From Pseudogymnoascus verrucosus (Eukaryota), in assembly GCA_001662655.1 (NCBI GenBank), contig KV460237.1: a DNA stretch of 64,000 nt; one strand, written 5' to 3'. Every line of letters starts with the position of its first letter. Within the stretch, counting starts at the first letter, position 1. Below, one piece after another: positions 37,100 to 49,180 of this stretch. Both the position numbers and the translations under genes were made by a program. The notes under the pieces are model-generated. The model ran no database searches, was not told where the DNA came from, and saw nothing but the letters and a program-made list of their open reading frames with translations.

Positions 37100-37440
37100 A
37101 TATCTCTCCATCCCAGCCCCGCATATGTGGGTTCATAACTCCACGCGATACCCCGCGGTTCGGAGAGAGCTGCCGTCATGCAATGTCAGAACTCTCCTAC
37201 TCGAATAGTTAGTTTCGACAGCAAAAAGAGGGGAAAAAGCTGTCTTGACCATTTACACGCTGCTATACTGATATCTCTCCATCCCAGCCCCGCAGAACTG
37301 GGTTCAGAACACCACGCGATACCCCGCGGTTCGGAGAGATATGCCGTCATGCAATGTCAGACCTTCCCTACTCGAATAGCTAATTTCGGCCAAAAGCGGG
37401 GGAAAGCTGTTTAGACCATTTACACACCTGCTATGTTGAT
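37100..37440. repeat. Direct tandem duplication of a ~171-bp promoter segment
   Basis: Units start ATATCTCTCCATCCCAGCCCCGCA at 37100 and 37271 and align over their whole length. Confidence 0.92.
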
Positions 37441-38274
37441 TCAAATAACTCAGCTGTGCCTTCGTCTCCATGTTTAAATGGTGATACGCGGCATGTTGAG
37501 TCAGGAACCGCGACCTCAGTTTTTCCAGAATAGGTATAGTCCGCGAAACAACGGCACAAACCTTGGTCGAACTCGAATATGTAAGGTAAATCCCCACAGG
37601 GATCGGGGTAGGTAGACAAGCCTCTTCCCACTTTTCTTGGTAAAGTTTATTTCCTGTATGGTGACCCTGGCTGAGGTTCAGATGAGAACATGGCCGATGA
37701 AACTGTCCAAGGACTCCGCAATTTAGAGTCAGCACGTCAGTACCTTAATACCGGCGCTAGTAATGGACAGTTCTAGTGCGCTCCGTGCACTATAGAGGCC
37801 ATGCTATCTATCCTCTTCACTATTATCAAGTAGGAATGTCTCAAGTTGTGTCGGGATAATGCCACGAGATGACGACTTGTTGTGGCACGTTTTTGGACCT
37901 GGTGTGTTGTCATATTCCTATATGGTTGGTACCAATCCTATTTAATGCGGTACATACAGGCAAACTGATTATTCTCCTCGTGTATTCTATCAGCTCCTGC
38001 GAGGAATAAATTACCCCTTCCCTAAATCGGTTAACTAGGCTACGAATTACAATGCCGAGGATGCTAAGTTACTATGGCGAGGGTATAAGGGGACTGAATG
38101 ATAAGTTGATGATAGGGATTGGCACAGGGTTAATGCATGTAAAAGCTGGCATCATAAGAATATTCGACGATCTGTATGCGCCTTTGGCGCTAGTACAGGA
38201 GTAGCTACATGGGTATTACGCATGACCATGAGTGGCTCGAACGACATCAAGGTGAGATATAGGCAAGTGTAGTA

Positions 38275-38620
38275 CCTGCTCTGCTTCGATGTCCTTCCGG
38301 ATCCAGAGCATGCTCCGGAAAGCCCACCTCTCCCAACGCTGGTCCGTCGGCATCATTTTGGTCCAATTTGGGTGTCCTGTAGGGACTGTGATCACTGCGT
38401 TGTCGGTCGTCCACGCATATGGTCCCGATATTGCTAGCACTCCAAAGTCTTTCAGTTGTGGATCGCTCATTAAGCTGTGTTGTACCATCCGCTGCTTTCG
38501 GACATTCAGTTGAAGGACCTGGAGTGTTCTATTCATGATGGGTAGGATAAAGCACTCGGCAGTTCCTACTAAACGATTCATGTGGTCCTCCGCATGGAAC
38601 GCACCTCGGTATCACCGCTT
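38275..38620 (-). mobile_element. Tad-like LINE fragment spanning the ORF1/ORF2 junction
   Basis: ORF1 end PRCVPCGGPHESFSRNCRVLYPTHHE* overlaps the ORF2 ATG; endonuclease start LQVLQLNVRKQ...RSMLWIRKD. Confidence 0.85.
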
Positions 38621-38865
38621 GACTGTTACTAGTCCGCATGTTTGCCTGGATATATTTTCTAGCCTAAATACAAACTTACCCTTGCTTCAGCCCCAAGATA
38701 TAGATAGCTATATAAGACCATCCCACTTGATGTTTTCAAGGACATAGAGAGGGTGTATATACATAGCTCTAGAGCTCAGTAAGTAGCAAGTAATGGTATA
38801 AACTAATACATTCAGAATTTAAAGGGTTTAATAGTGGTATGCCTAACTATACGGAAACTCCGCTA

Positions 38866-40133
38866 CTAAGAGCGTCTAGTCTGTAATCTATGCATATAAG
38901 CATTGTCTTCATCTTGAAAACCTGAAAAGTCTGTTATTAAGTCGTAGACGTTTTCACGTCTCTCCCAGAGCTTCCTCTCAAAATCCTCGACTTCTTCTAA
39001 TGTCATGTAGTCTTCCTGCAACGTCGTGCCGACTACTCCATGAAACTCCTTATCACTTTCTTCGCACATTTCCGGCCACTCGTGCATAACTGGGAAGTCA
39101 GCTTTGTATACCGCACTCATGCTACCACTGGCCCACTCCTGGCAATGAAAGCGCTGTCGAATTCGTCGCTCGATATAGAATGGCTGAGGCGGGCTCTCTT
39201 CAAAAAAGTGAGTATCTGGTCTTGCATAGCGTGGATGCAACTTTGGAAGGTTAAACGTTATATCCATGTGAGGCGTGGTTTGCTCTTCAGAGCAAGCCTG
39301 CATGCGTGCAATCAGGGCAGCGATGATCTGACGCAGGGCTACGCGTTCGTTGACGAATGACCATGAAGGTCTGTCGTCGTGGTCTAACCATATGTGAAGG
39401 CTGCGTAGTTGCGGCAACTGGCAGGTAGCCTGCCAGAGACGGGCCCACGCAGAAGCGCATTTGTTTAATTCGACGCTCGTGTCATGATTTGTTACCAAAA
39501 CTAAGTTTTCATCTTCCTGTAGTGCTTCATAGAAGGCTAGCGGAAGTCGTAGGGCGATGTTCAGCTTATGAATAGCAGGACGTGTGTGATCCCAGAAGTT
39601 CCAGGGGCGGTTTAGGTCACTACTCGGCTCAAAAGGCGTTTGTAGCAAGACGTCCAGGGTATCTAGATCTGTGATGTTTATCGCTGTACCCTCCGAAACA
39701 AAGTCACAGACATCGAGAAACCTATAAGTTAGAAGTGACACTTAGCGAAGAGCGATCTTAAGGAATAGATAAAGGAATTTGTTTACATTTTCTTACATAC
39801 AAAGAGAAGGTTGCCTATGTTATTGCGGCTATGCTCGTGCAAGTTCTCTGCGTAGGCAGCCTCCTTACATTCCCAATGTGCCCCCCACGAGGATCGCAGA
39901 CGGCGGGCCCACGTAGTATCTGGCGATCCTTCGGCCGTAGGCTTACGCTCGCGGCCGTCGTGGCGGTCATCCCCTAGGCTGGGCTGAAGGCATACTGACA
40001 GTTGAAGTCTGCCCTGCGACAAAAATGCGTGAGTCTGGCCATGAATGATACGAGCATATATTGCTCGGCGAATCTCGACGAGCATAGAGAGCAGTTTGCT
40101 CTCATGCTGCGAGTGCACATGTACGTCGTTCAT
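38866..40133 (-). CDS. Hypothetical protein with F-box-like N-terminal motif, two exons
   Basis: QHESKLLSMLVEIRRAIY...LLFVCKKM joined by a GT-AG intron (~39724-39786) to a ~290-aa ORF with LPQLRSLHIWLD. Confidence 0.7.
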
Positions 40134-40529
40134 GTTTCTTTAATCGGTAAGTAGATGATATTTTGACTAGGATAGTTCGATTTGTTTTTAAGGTGAATGC
40201 TATATCACAAATTAGTGGCAGTTAACCAGACTTTACAACGTAGACGTAGTTGCGGGATCCTCGGCAAAACAATTATCTAGGAAGTTGTTCTAGTTTGCAG
40301 GGAACCTAGTATTGGCCTGAGTTATTATTGGAAATACGAGGCAGTGCAATAGAGCAATCTCACAACTGCACGACTACTGCCATATTGAATTTCACTATCG
40401 CATTATTAATAACAGTATTCCTATTCGTTTAGACATTATAGTTTTGAACGACATTAATAGAGGCAAGTTGCAATGAAATATACGTTTCTCATGAGTGGCC
40501 ATGATGTGTAATATCTGCGAAACTTCAGT

Positions 40530-41125
40530 CCACTCCAAGCCCTCTAACTTATACTTCTATATGCTATTTATTATAAGTAGTACCTTATGTCCTTATAAGA
40601 GTAAGCTAATCTTTAGGAGTAAGGGCTTTCTATATAAGGATATAGAGTACTATATTATAAGAAGTAGTATATAGAAGTATAAGTTAGATAGGAGTTAGTA
40701 TAATTCTATAGGTCTACTACAAAGGATATAAAAAAGATAAAGAAGAAATAGGAACCTATTATAGTAGCTCCCCCTTAGTATCTGAAATAGGTCTAACTCT
40801 ACTAGGTTATATATTATAAAACTATACTACTCTACTTCTATAGTATATAACTCTATAACAGCTCTAAGTCCTAATCCTATAAGTACCCCCTAGGGGAGGC
40901 ATCCTTATATTCTATCCTATTATAGTAGATATTAAAAAAAAAACACAAAGTTGTAGACAGAGGACCTTAAAATATAAAGGTAGGAGACTGGCCCTTTATA
41001 CCATTTCCCTAGCTTAGCTATACTCAGCTTCCTTACCTATCTAGCTTACCCTACTTACCTTGCTCACCTTACTTACCCTACTCACCTTACTCACTATGCT
41101 TACCTACTTACCTAGCTCACCTACG
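40530..41125. repeat. AT-rich, TpA-saturated RIP relic ending in CTTAC/CTCAC tandem repeats
   Basis: Very high TA content with CA/TG/CG depletion; original element not identifiable. Confidence 0.75.
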
Positions 41126-41287
41126 TGCATCTAATGTTGCGTTACAACGCGTTGTTAAAAATGGACCTACTTTTGGATAGTTGAGGTAGTTAAAGTGGTC
41201 GCCATCTCGAAATAAGGGTAAGGGCGGCGAGGCTTACCTGCTAGCCCAGATGGCACCGATTTAAGTAATATCTAGGTGTTTGCCCAA

Positions 41288-41344
41288 GATCAGTAGATTA
41301 GTAGTTACGTGGGTGACCACTAGCGAATACCCACTGTTGTATGT
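41288..41344 (+). rRNA. 5S rRNA, 3' half (nt 63-119), interrupted
   Basis: GATCAGTAGATTAGTAGTTACGTGGGTGACCACTAGCGAATACCCACTGTTGTATGT; its 3' end pairs with ACATACGA of the 5' half; T tract downstream. Confidence 0.9.
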
Positions 41345-41556
41345 TATATGTTATATGTTGTATGTTTTTTATTATTTTGCCATTTTATACGTTGAATTTT
41401 GGCCCCTGAAGTTGAAGTGGTTTGCAGGGAGTGGGGGACGACCCTGTAAAAATATTGTTGTGGCCTTGCAGCCTCATCCCACCTCAGTGTGAACCGCGAA
41501 CCGCGCCGCGGACCCAAAAAGTTCAAGCTCAACCCCAAAGCCATGGGCCAGTGCCA

Positions 41557-44543
41557 ATGATGAGGGTGCCCTCAGCTAAATCCTGGTCTTCAACAATCAG
41601 ATTGCCCAAGTCCACATTCCCGTAAGCCAAAATAAAGCCCCCATTGGAAGCCACCCTCATAGTCCCGAAGTACTAACACAGCACCGATCTAGCCCTCGAA
41701 CGAAGCCGGCCGACCAAGCTAAATATCTCCAACGATGCACCGATGACCTGTACGCCTGGCAGGCGAAGGTTCGCGCCCAGCAGAAGCCGTTTGTGCTTCA
41801 TGATGGGCCACCATATGCCAATGGCAGCCTCCACGCTGGCCACTCCGTGAACAAGATCCTGAAAGATCTTATTTGCCGAACAGAGCTCCAGCAAGGTACA
41901 GCCGCGGCACACACACACATTGAAGCTTAATCTAACACATTGGCAGGTCGCAAGGTACAATTCGTGCCGGGCTGGGATTGCCACGGCCTCCCGATCGAAA
42001 TCAAAGCCCTCGAACAAGTCCGCGCGAAGAGCGAAGATAGAGAGGTAAACCTCGACCCCATAGGCATCCGACGCGCCGCGCGGAATCTTGCACGGAAAAC
42101 AGTGAAGGAGCAGAAGAAGGGGTTTAGGGAGTGGGGTATAATGGCAGACTGGGAGAATCCCTGGGTCACGATGGATAAGGAGTTTGAACTGAAGCAGCTG
42201 GAGGTGTTTTTGGAGATGACGAGGCAGGGACTGATTTTTAGGCGGTATAAGCCTGTTTATTGGTCGCCGTCTTCGAAGAGCGCGTTGGCGGAGGCGGAGT
42301 TGGAGTATAATGAGGCCCATGAGTCGATAACGGCCTATATCAAGTTCCAGGTTGTGGCGGTGCCGGAGGCGTTGAAGGCTCGGGGGGTGGATACTGAGCG
42401 CCTACATGCTGTCATATGGACTACTACGCCGTGGACTCTACCCGCGAACAAAGCAATTGCCGTCAGCCCTGACCTCGAGTATACAGTGGTGGAAGTCGGC
42501 AGTGAACAACTGCTGATTGCCAAGTCACGCCTCGAGCATGTTGCGGCGAAATGCGCATTCCCCGAGTCGTTCAAGGTGGTTGTCGAATCGATTAAAGGCT
42601 CTGAACTCGAGGGACTGACATATGTCAATGCCCTCCATGGCGAAAATGCTCCAATCCAGCCCTTGATATTCGCAGACTACGTGTCGGATGCGAGTGGATC
42701 GGGTCTTGTTCACACTGCTCCCGGCCATGGAATGGAAGATTACGACGTGTGCACAAAGTTGGGGATCGAGGCTTCCGCGCCCGTGGATGATGCCGGCTGC
42801 TTCACGGACGAGGCATTACCTCACAATCCGTCCGCGCTGGCCGGAAAATCTGTTCTTGGCGGCGGCAATGAAGCTGTGCTCGCGCTTTTGGGATTCCAAG
42901 TCCTTGGGGTTCATAAGCACGAGCACAAATACCCCTACGATTGGCGCACGAAGCTTCCTGTGATAGTCCGTGCGACTGAGCAGTGGTTTGCGGATGTAGG
43001 CAGTATCAAGGATAAAGCGCTGAAAAGCCTTGACAATGTCAAGTTTATCCCGGAGAACAGCCGTTCGAGGCTAGAGAGCTTTATCAAGGGGAGGAGCGAG
43101 TGGTGTATTTCCCGGCAACGAGCTTGGGGTGTTCCCATCCCTGCTCTGTACGACGAAAGTGGCAAGGCTATTTTAACGCAGGAGAGTGTGTCACATATTA
43201 TCTCGGTAATCCAGGAAAGGGGCATCGACTCATGGTGGACGGATGCTCAAGATGATGTATCATGGGTTCCCCCTAGTCTCCGCGGCCAAGGTACCCTAAA
43301 ACGGGGTACAGACACCATGGATGTGTGGTTTGACAGCGGAAGCAGTTGGACTCAAACCGAGGGGCCTGCAGACGTATACAGCGAGGGAACAGACCAGCAT
43401 AGAGGGTGGTTCCAATCGAGTCTTTTGACGCACATAAGCGCATCCGGACTGGACTCGGCTCCCTTTAAGACATTGGTCAGCCACGGTTTCACGATCGATG
43501 AGCATGGCAAGAAGATGTCCAAGTCTATTGGCAACGTTATTTCTCCCGAAGAGATCATGAATGGAACCTTACTGCCACCGATAAAGCGTAAGGGAAAGGC
43601 GACTGGCCCACCGGCATACGATGGTCTCGGAGCTGATGCATTGAGGCTCTGGGTCGCGAGCAGTGACTACACGCATGATGTTGCACTTCGCCAGCCGGTT
43701 TTCAAGGCTATCAACTCGACCTTACTGAAGTACCGCACAACCCTCAAAATGCTCCTGGGCTCAATGAGGGAGAGCAGCGAAAAAGTGCAGTTGACGAAGT
43801 TGGATACTATTGCATTGTACCAGCTGCAGCAAACTCAGATTGGCTTCAATGAAGCGTGTCGGGCGTACAATTTCCACAAGGCTGTCAGCATTTTGAATCG
43901 CTGGATTAATACGGATCTATCGTCGTTCTACTTGGAGGCTATCAAAGATCGCTTGTACTGTGGAAATGGAGGCGGTGTGCTCTACCCCATCTTCATGGGA
44001 CTTATGCATATGCTTGGTCCCATTACACCGGCTCTAGTCGAGGAATCATGGGAGCATAGGCCGCAGTGGATGAAGGACAGTACTTCTTCTGTACACCCCC
44101 TTCAACGCAGCACCGAGGAGCTACGTCTTCTCACCTACAAGTTCCCCGCAAGTCTGCCAACAGATATCTCACATCTGATGGCCGCCAACGCCGCCATCAA
44201 GACTGCTCAAGAAGAGGCCCGAACCGAAAAACTCGTTGGGTCATCTCTCCAATCTTCTGTTATCCTGACCCTACCCAAAGAATCACAAGATTTGTTCCAG
44301 AACTACGCCGACGAGCTCCAAGAAATCTTCGTCGTCTCATCTGTCGAGTTTGGCTCTGGAGAAGAGCGTGTGGCTGAGTGGAAATTCAAGGCTGAATTCG
44401 AAGTCCCAGGTGGGAAGGGAATTGCATGGGTTCTCCCTCCAAAGGAGGCGAAGTGTCCTAGGTGCTGGAAATACGTGGCTCCTACTGAGGATGACTTATG
44501 TGGGAGGTGTGCTGAGGTCGTTGAGGTTACGCCGTCGTCGTGA
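41557..44543 (+). CDS. ISM1: Isoleucyl-tRNA synthetase, bacterial/mitochondrial type; introns 41622-41692 and ~41896-41946
   Basis: [54 protein letters not shown]-terminal CPRC...CGRC. Confidence 0.95.
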
Positions 44544-45049
44544 AGAAGCGGGTGAAGTGGTGATGCTGGCTCTCTACTACTTGTATTGTATGTAAAAACA
44601 GAATTGCATTGTATAATACATAGAGGAATAAATGTTCATATATCTGGTTATTTGTTATTAGATTTCCAATAGTTGTTTACATTATTTTCAGACAATATGC
44701 CCAATTCGAGTTTACTCGTTCGTGAACTTGCTCAACTTACGGTTGGGCCGGAACATGTATATTCAGCAAAGTTGCTGACTAAATGCAATATGTCAGCATC
44801 CACCACATCCACCACCTCGATACAACTTGCTAGTCTCAAGCAAAGATTCCCCATCTGAGAAAGTATTTATATATGGGCTCTAGTAATTTGGGTTCAGACT
44901 GTCGCGGCTTAGTTACTACTCTGTCAAGACGTTGAGGACCTGGCCCAAGGCCCACGGGAGAAATGTTAGAGGCCCTGAAGGAACCCATCCTACATACTTT
45001 TGATTTATGAACCGAGTCTCAGACTTTTATCTTGCATTTTATTCCTCCC

Positions 45050-46882
45050 ATGGCTAGAAGCGGTGGTCCGAGCCGGGGTTGCCAAGTATGCCGGCAACGT
45101 AAAATCAAGGTGCGTCAAGTTTTTCCCCTGCTGATTGCTTCGGCCTCTCAGCATTGGCTCTCGTAATTCCAAGCCAGGTCACTTGCATACCCAGAAACTT
45201 TAATTGCTGACAGTATGCCAAATACTAGTGCGATGAGACTACGCCACATTGCACGAAGTGTACATCTAGTGGGCGTGTTTGCCCGGGGACTATCACGGGG
45301 GTAATTATCAGTGATATGACTTCGAATGTGAGACGAAAGGCATATCCTAGGTTAACTAATAGCTCTGTTGGAGTTAGAAACAGAGAAAGTAGTGGTAGGA
45401 ATCCAAGTCAAACGGGCCAGTATGGACCTGTGTCAAATGAGACTCGGGACGACGGCCAAAATCTTGATATCAATATCATGCACTCAGATCCGCCGAATAA
45501 ACCAACCTCATCATGGAACCAGCAAGCAACACTGCCTGGAGCATTGAAAGACTGGGAGCAAATCTAGATCCATTTGAGAGTCTGCCAGTCAAACTACATT
45601 TTTCTACTCTAAAACTCTTGGAATACTGTATGTGACACCGAAATCCTCACCAGCTAGTATGGTGATCTGAATCTAAACGGAACTCAGGTACGAACACTAT
45701 GAGGAATGCGTTCGTTGCGCTTGGCCCTGGTGATCCGATGACGGATGTCTGGCTTCCAATGATCTTGTCCGACCAGCTATTGCTCCAGTGCACACTTTAT
45801 TTACATGTGCGCCGTTCATATGTCAACAATTTTCGGAATAGACGCGATGGATAGTGTGGATGTGGTGACCCATAGGACTGAGACATTATCACTATTGAGC
45901 AAGAGAATTGGAGATCCCAACGAAGCTGTCAACGATGTTACGTTGACGGCTGTAGCCAGATATGTTGGCCAAGTTGTACGCAAGTTCTAAGCCTCAACAC
46001 TTATCTTGCTGACCATTAAGTAGATTTTATGTAACAACGGTAACAACGCGGAGGAGACTAAATTACACATGAACGGCCTAGAGAGGATGCTTGCTCTCAA
46101 TCCTGACTTTGAGCCGAGTAACCAAGTCCGGGAAATGCTGTTCTGGTATTCCATCTACCTGAGCTCCTCTCCCGAGCGCGTTAACTGACTATCAATTAAG
46201 GACTGATCTGACAGCTGCCGCACTCTGCCATGCACCTCCACGGCAGCTCACAAAGCGGCCCAATATCCGACTTTACGGCAATCCTATGCTCCAGACTCCT
46301 CGCTCTACCATTGGCATAGTATGCCGTGGGTTTCAAAAAATAATAGCTGACCACGAGGTCTTCAAAGGCATTACTGACATACTGCATGATCTTCGATGTC
46401 TCGCAGCAGTAGCTCACTATTCAGACTCCAAAGTGCATTCTGAGATACCTATATTTGTCAGTCTTTGCTTTGGAGTTGGTGAAAGGCTTGGGGGCCTACT
46501 GGCGATGGGAGGGTCTACGGTTTTTGAGTCTTGTCGCCTTGCTGCCATGGTATTTGTCGAAATCGTGCTCCTCCATAACAATACTCCCAATGCGGTTTTG
46601 CTGGCAGCGGGTATGAAGAGGACTTTGAGCCGGGCAAACATGGAGGTATTGCTACAGCAGCAGCCAGAGCTCTTGACCTGGATATTGTATATGGGAAATA
46701 TGGCGGCTTTCGGAACTGAGATGGCTCCTTGGTTTCTGCGAAGGTTTGCTCAGGCCCTCTCGTTCCAGGGGCTTAGTCTTTTTGAGACTGTTAGGAACGT
46801 CCTGATTGAGTTTCTATGGCTTGATGGTGTCTCAAACGAACACTTGAAGTCCGTTTGGTCGGAAGTACAAGAGATGATTTGA
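45050..46882 (+). pseudogene. Zn2Cys6 transcription factor with two apparent frameshifts
   Basis: CQVCRQRKIK|CDETTPHCTKCTSSGRVCPG. The frame stops at 45567 while NLDPFESLP lies in another frame; a second shift occurs near 45800. Confidence 0.7.
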
Positions 46883-47463
46883 TCCCCATTCTTTGGTATG
46901 GGCATGAATGTGAGATCTGACGTATAATAATATAATTATGATACTTTATTCTCTACCCCTGGGGTTTAATTTCTAATGGTATCCACCTTGACGATTCCAT
47001 TTACCCAGAGGGTCCGCCACGGTAATTTGATAACCTCCGGAGAACGTCCATACAACAGAAAAACTGCCGATTTTGCTTATCCCCATTTTATTGAATATTC
47101 CAATTGACTTTTCTAGTAGTCGTAATTCGTATATCACAATTGGGATCGTTACTGTCGCCCTAATTATTATGTCAGATGACAATAAAGCGGAGCTGAAAAT
47201 CAAGCCATGACAACGCAGACTTGTCGCCATTGGTAACTCGACGTGGTTACCGACGTCGAATGTGAGCCTTACCAACGCAACAGGCAGGTACCAAGCTTCT
47301 GAGTCACAGCCTAAAGTATCGAAGATATTGCTTCTAAATATTGATATATATATATCACATCATCTCCCCATAAATACCCATAAACACGACTTCCCGCCTG
47401 CCGGAGTCCCGCACCCCCGCCTCGAACCAACCCAAGAAAAATCAGGCAACCAGCCGAACCACC

Positions 47464-48201
47464 ATGGCCAAACCCACCGTCTGCGTATTGTAAGCCCAAC
47501 CCCCTCCCATCTCGTGACCTCCCCCCCTTTATCCCCCATCAGACTCCTAACACCCTCTCAGTTGCGGTGCCTCGCCCGGCAAATCCCCCGCCCATCTAGC
47601 TGCGGCCCGCGCGCTCGCCACCTATTTCCATGAGCACGGAATCAACCTCGTCTACGGCGGTGGCACCACTGGGCTCATGGGAGAGCTGGCTCGCACTTTG
47701 GTCTCCCTTTCCGGACCCTCCGCCGTGGAAGGGATCATCCCCGCCCCACTAATGGCCCAAGAGCAGCGCGCCGCGGAGACGGTGACGATCATGCACGAGG
47801 GCCGCCAGATAGCCGTCCCTGACGAGGCAATCTACGGCACAACGACAGTAGTGCCAGACATGCATTCACGGAAACGGGAGATGGCTCGACGGGTTGTAGA
47901 GGGTGGGGACGGGAGCGGGTTCGTGGCGATGCCGGGGGGGTATGGGACGATGGAGGAGCTGATGGAGGTGGTTACCTGGAACCAGGTGGGGATCCATGAT
48001 AGGCCTGTTGTGGTGTTTAATGTAGAGGGGTATTATGATGGGGTGTTGGCGTGGATTAGGGATGCGGTGGAGGCGGGGTTTGTGAGGGAGGGGCAGAAGG
48101 ATATTTTGGTTGAGGCGAGGACGGCGGAGGAGTGTGGGACGAGGTTGAGGGAGTATGCGGTTAGTGATGGGAGGTTGGATTTGAAGTGGGGGGCGCATTA
48201 G
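47464..48201 (+). CDS. LOG1: LOG-family nucleotide phosphoribohydrolase; one intron ~47490-47561
   Basis: VCVF|CGASPG, LVYGGGTTGLMG, MHSRKREM, PGGYGTMEE, TWNQVGIH. Confidence 0.92.
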
Positions 48202-49180
48202 AGGTTGTGTAGTTGGCCAGGTTGTGGATGAGATCTTTTGGATTTGAGCTCGGTTTGGAACGATGGTTGTATAGTACAGATAGGTAACTCAACTCAGAAA
48301 ATTATATTACTTGCCACTCAGGTGCTTTTATATACTGATATAGCACACTGGATAGGGAAAAATCTTCCTCTACTCCTCTTGGCAGAAATCTTCTTAGCCC
48401 AGCCTGAAGGTGTCTAACTCTGGACAATGAAACCTGCTCAGCGTATCAAATTGCGCAAACCCGTGCCTTCTGCACATACGAATTTACAACTGCGGCACAC
48501 TCTATCGCTGCAGTCTTCAAACCGCCGTGCTGAAATTTCACCACTGATTGTTTAGTGCTGTCGCTGCATTCTTGTTGCGAGTTGCTGTTGCTGTCAGATA
48601 TCCTTCTTGGTAGCGCTCGAGAACCCGAAGCTTGACTCGATCCTTCATTTTGATACTTATCGTAAAGACTCATCCATTCTTCACCAGCGCTCCTCAGAAG
48701 ATAGCCGCTTTTTGATCTGCGTTTCGAGAGAATTCTTCTCATCACTCAGATTTAGCTTAACACCCAGTTTAGTTAGACCCCCGAGAAATGATCTCGACAT
48801 ATGGAGTCATATATTGCCCATGACTACGCGAAAGTTTTATCCCCATGTACTCTGGAGACTATCGACTTTCGCTGCTCTTTCGGGTTGTTGAAGAAGATCT
48901 CGAGCTTCGATCTTGCAGCAATGTTGGCATAATTGCAAATTAGATAGTGCTGAAAAGGTTGTTGAAGACGTGCAATGACCTGATAGTCGATATTATCTTG
49001 AAGTTGAAGCAGGGCGTACAAGATGGAATTCCGAAATAGCAGTTTATGCATATATTCATTTCAGCACCAAGCCTCCCCAAAGCGCCATAATTTCAAATCC
49101 ACCCCAATGTAAATGCACACTAAATATTAAGACATGCAATACTTGCCCATTCCGCATCCAAGATATTACCCCCGCCTCAA

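Larger units (their letters stand above)
35671..41287. mobile_element. 5.6-kb cargo-carrying insertion in a 5S rRNA gene (Starship-like, no recognisable captain)
   Basis: Bounded by the two complementary 5S halves; AA direct repeat; subterminal inverted repeats at 35723-35741 and 41219-41236. Confidence 0.8.

Noticed and set aside
41030..41125. Short repeats as CRISPR-like or telomeric arrays
   Set aside because: No unique spacers, eukaryotic context, and the units are not CCCTAA.
41422..41556. Non-AUG N-terminal extension of IleRS as a mitochondrial presequence
   Set aside because: The frame is open, but the peptide is not presequence-like and the transcript start is unknown.
48340..49051. 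Short minus-strand ORFs between LOG and the SDR gene
   Set aside because: No coherent gene model or motif could be built.
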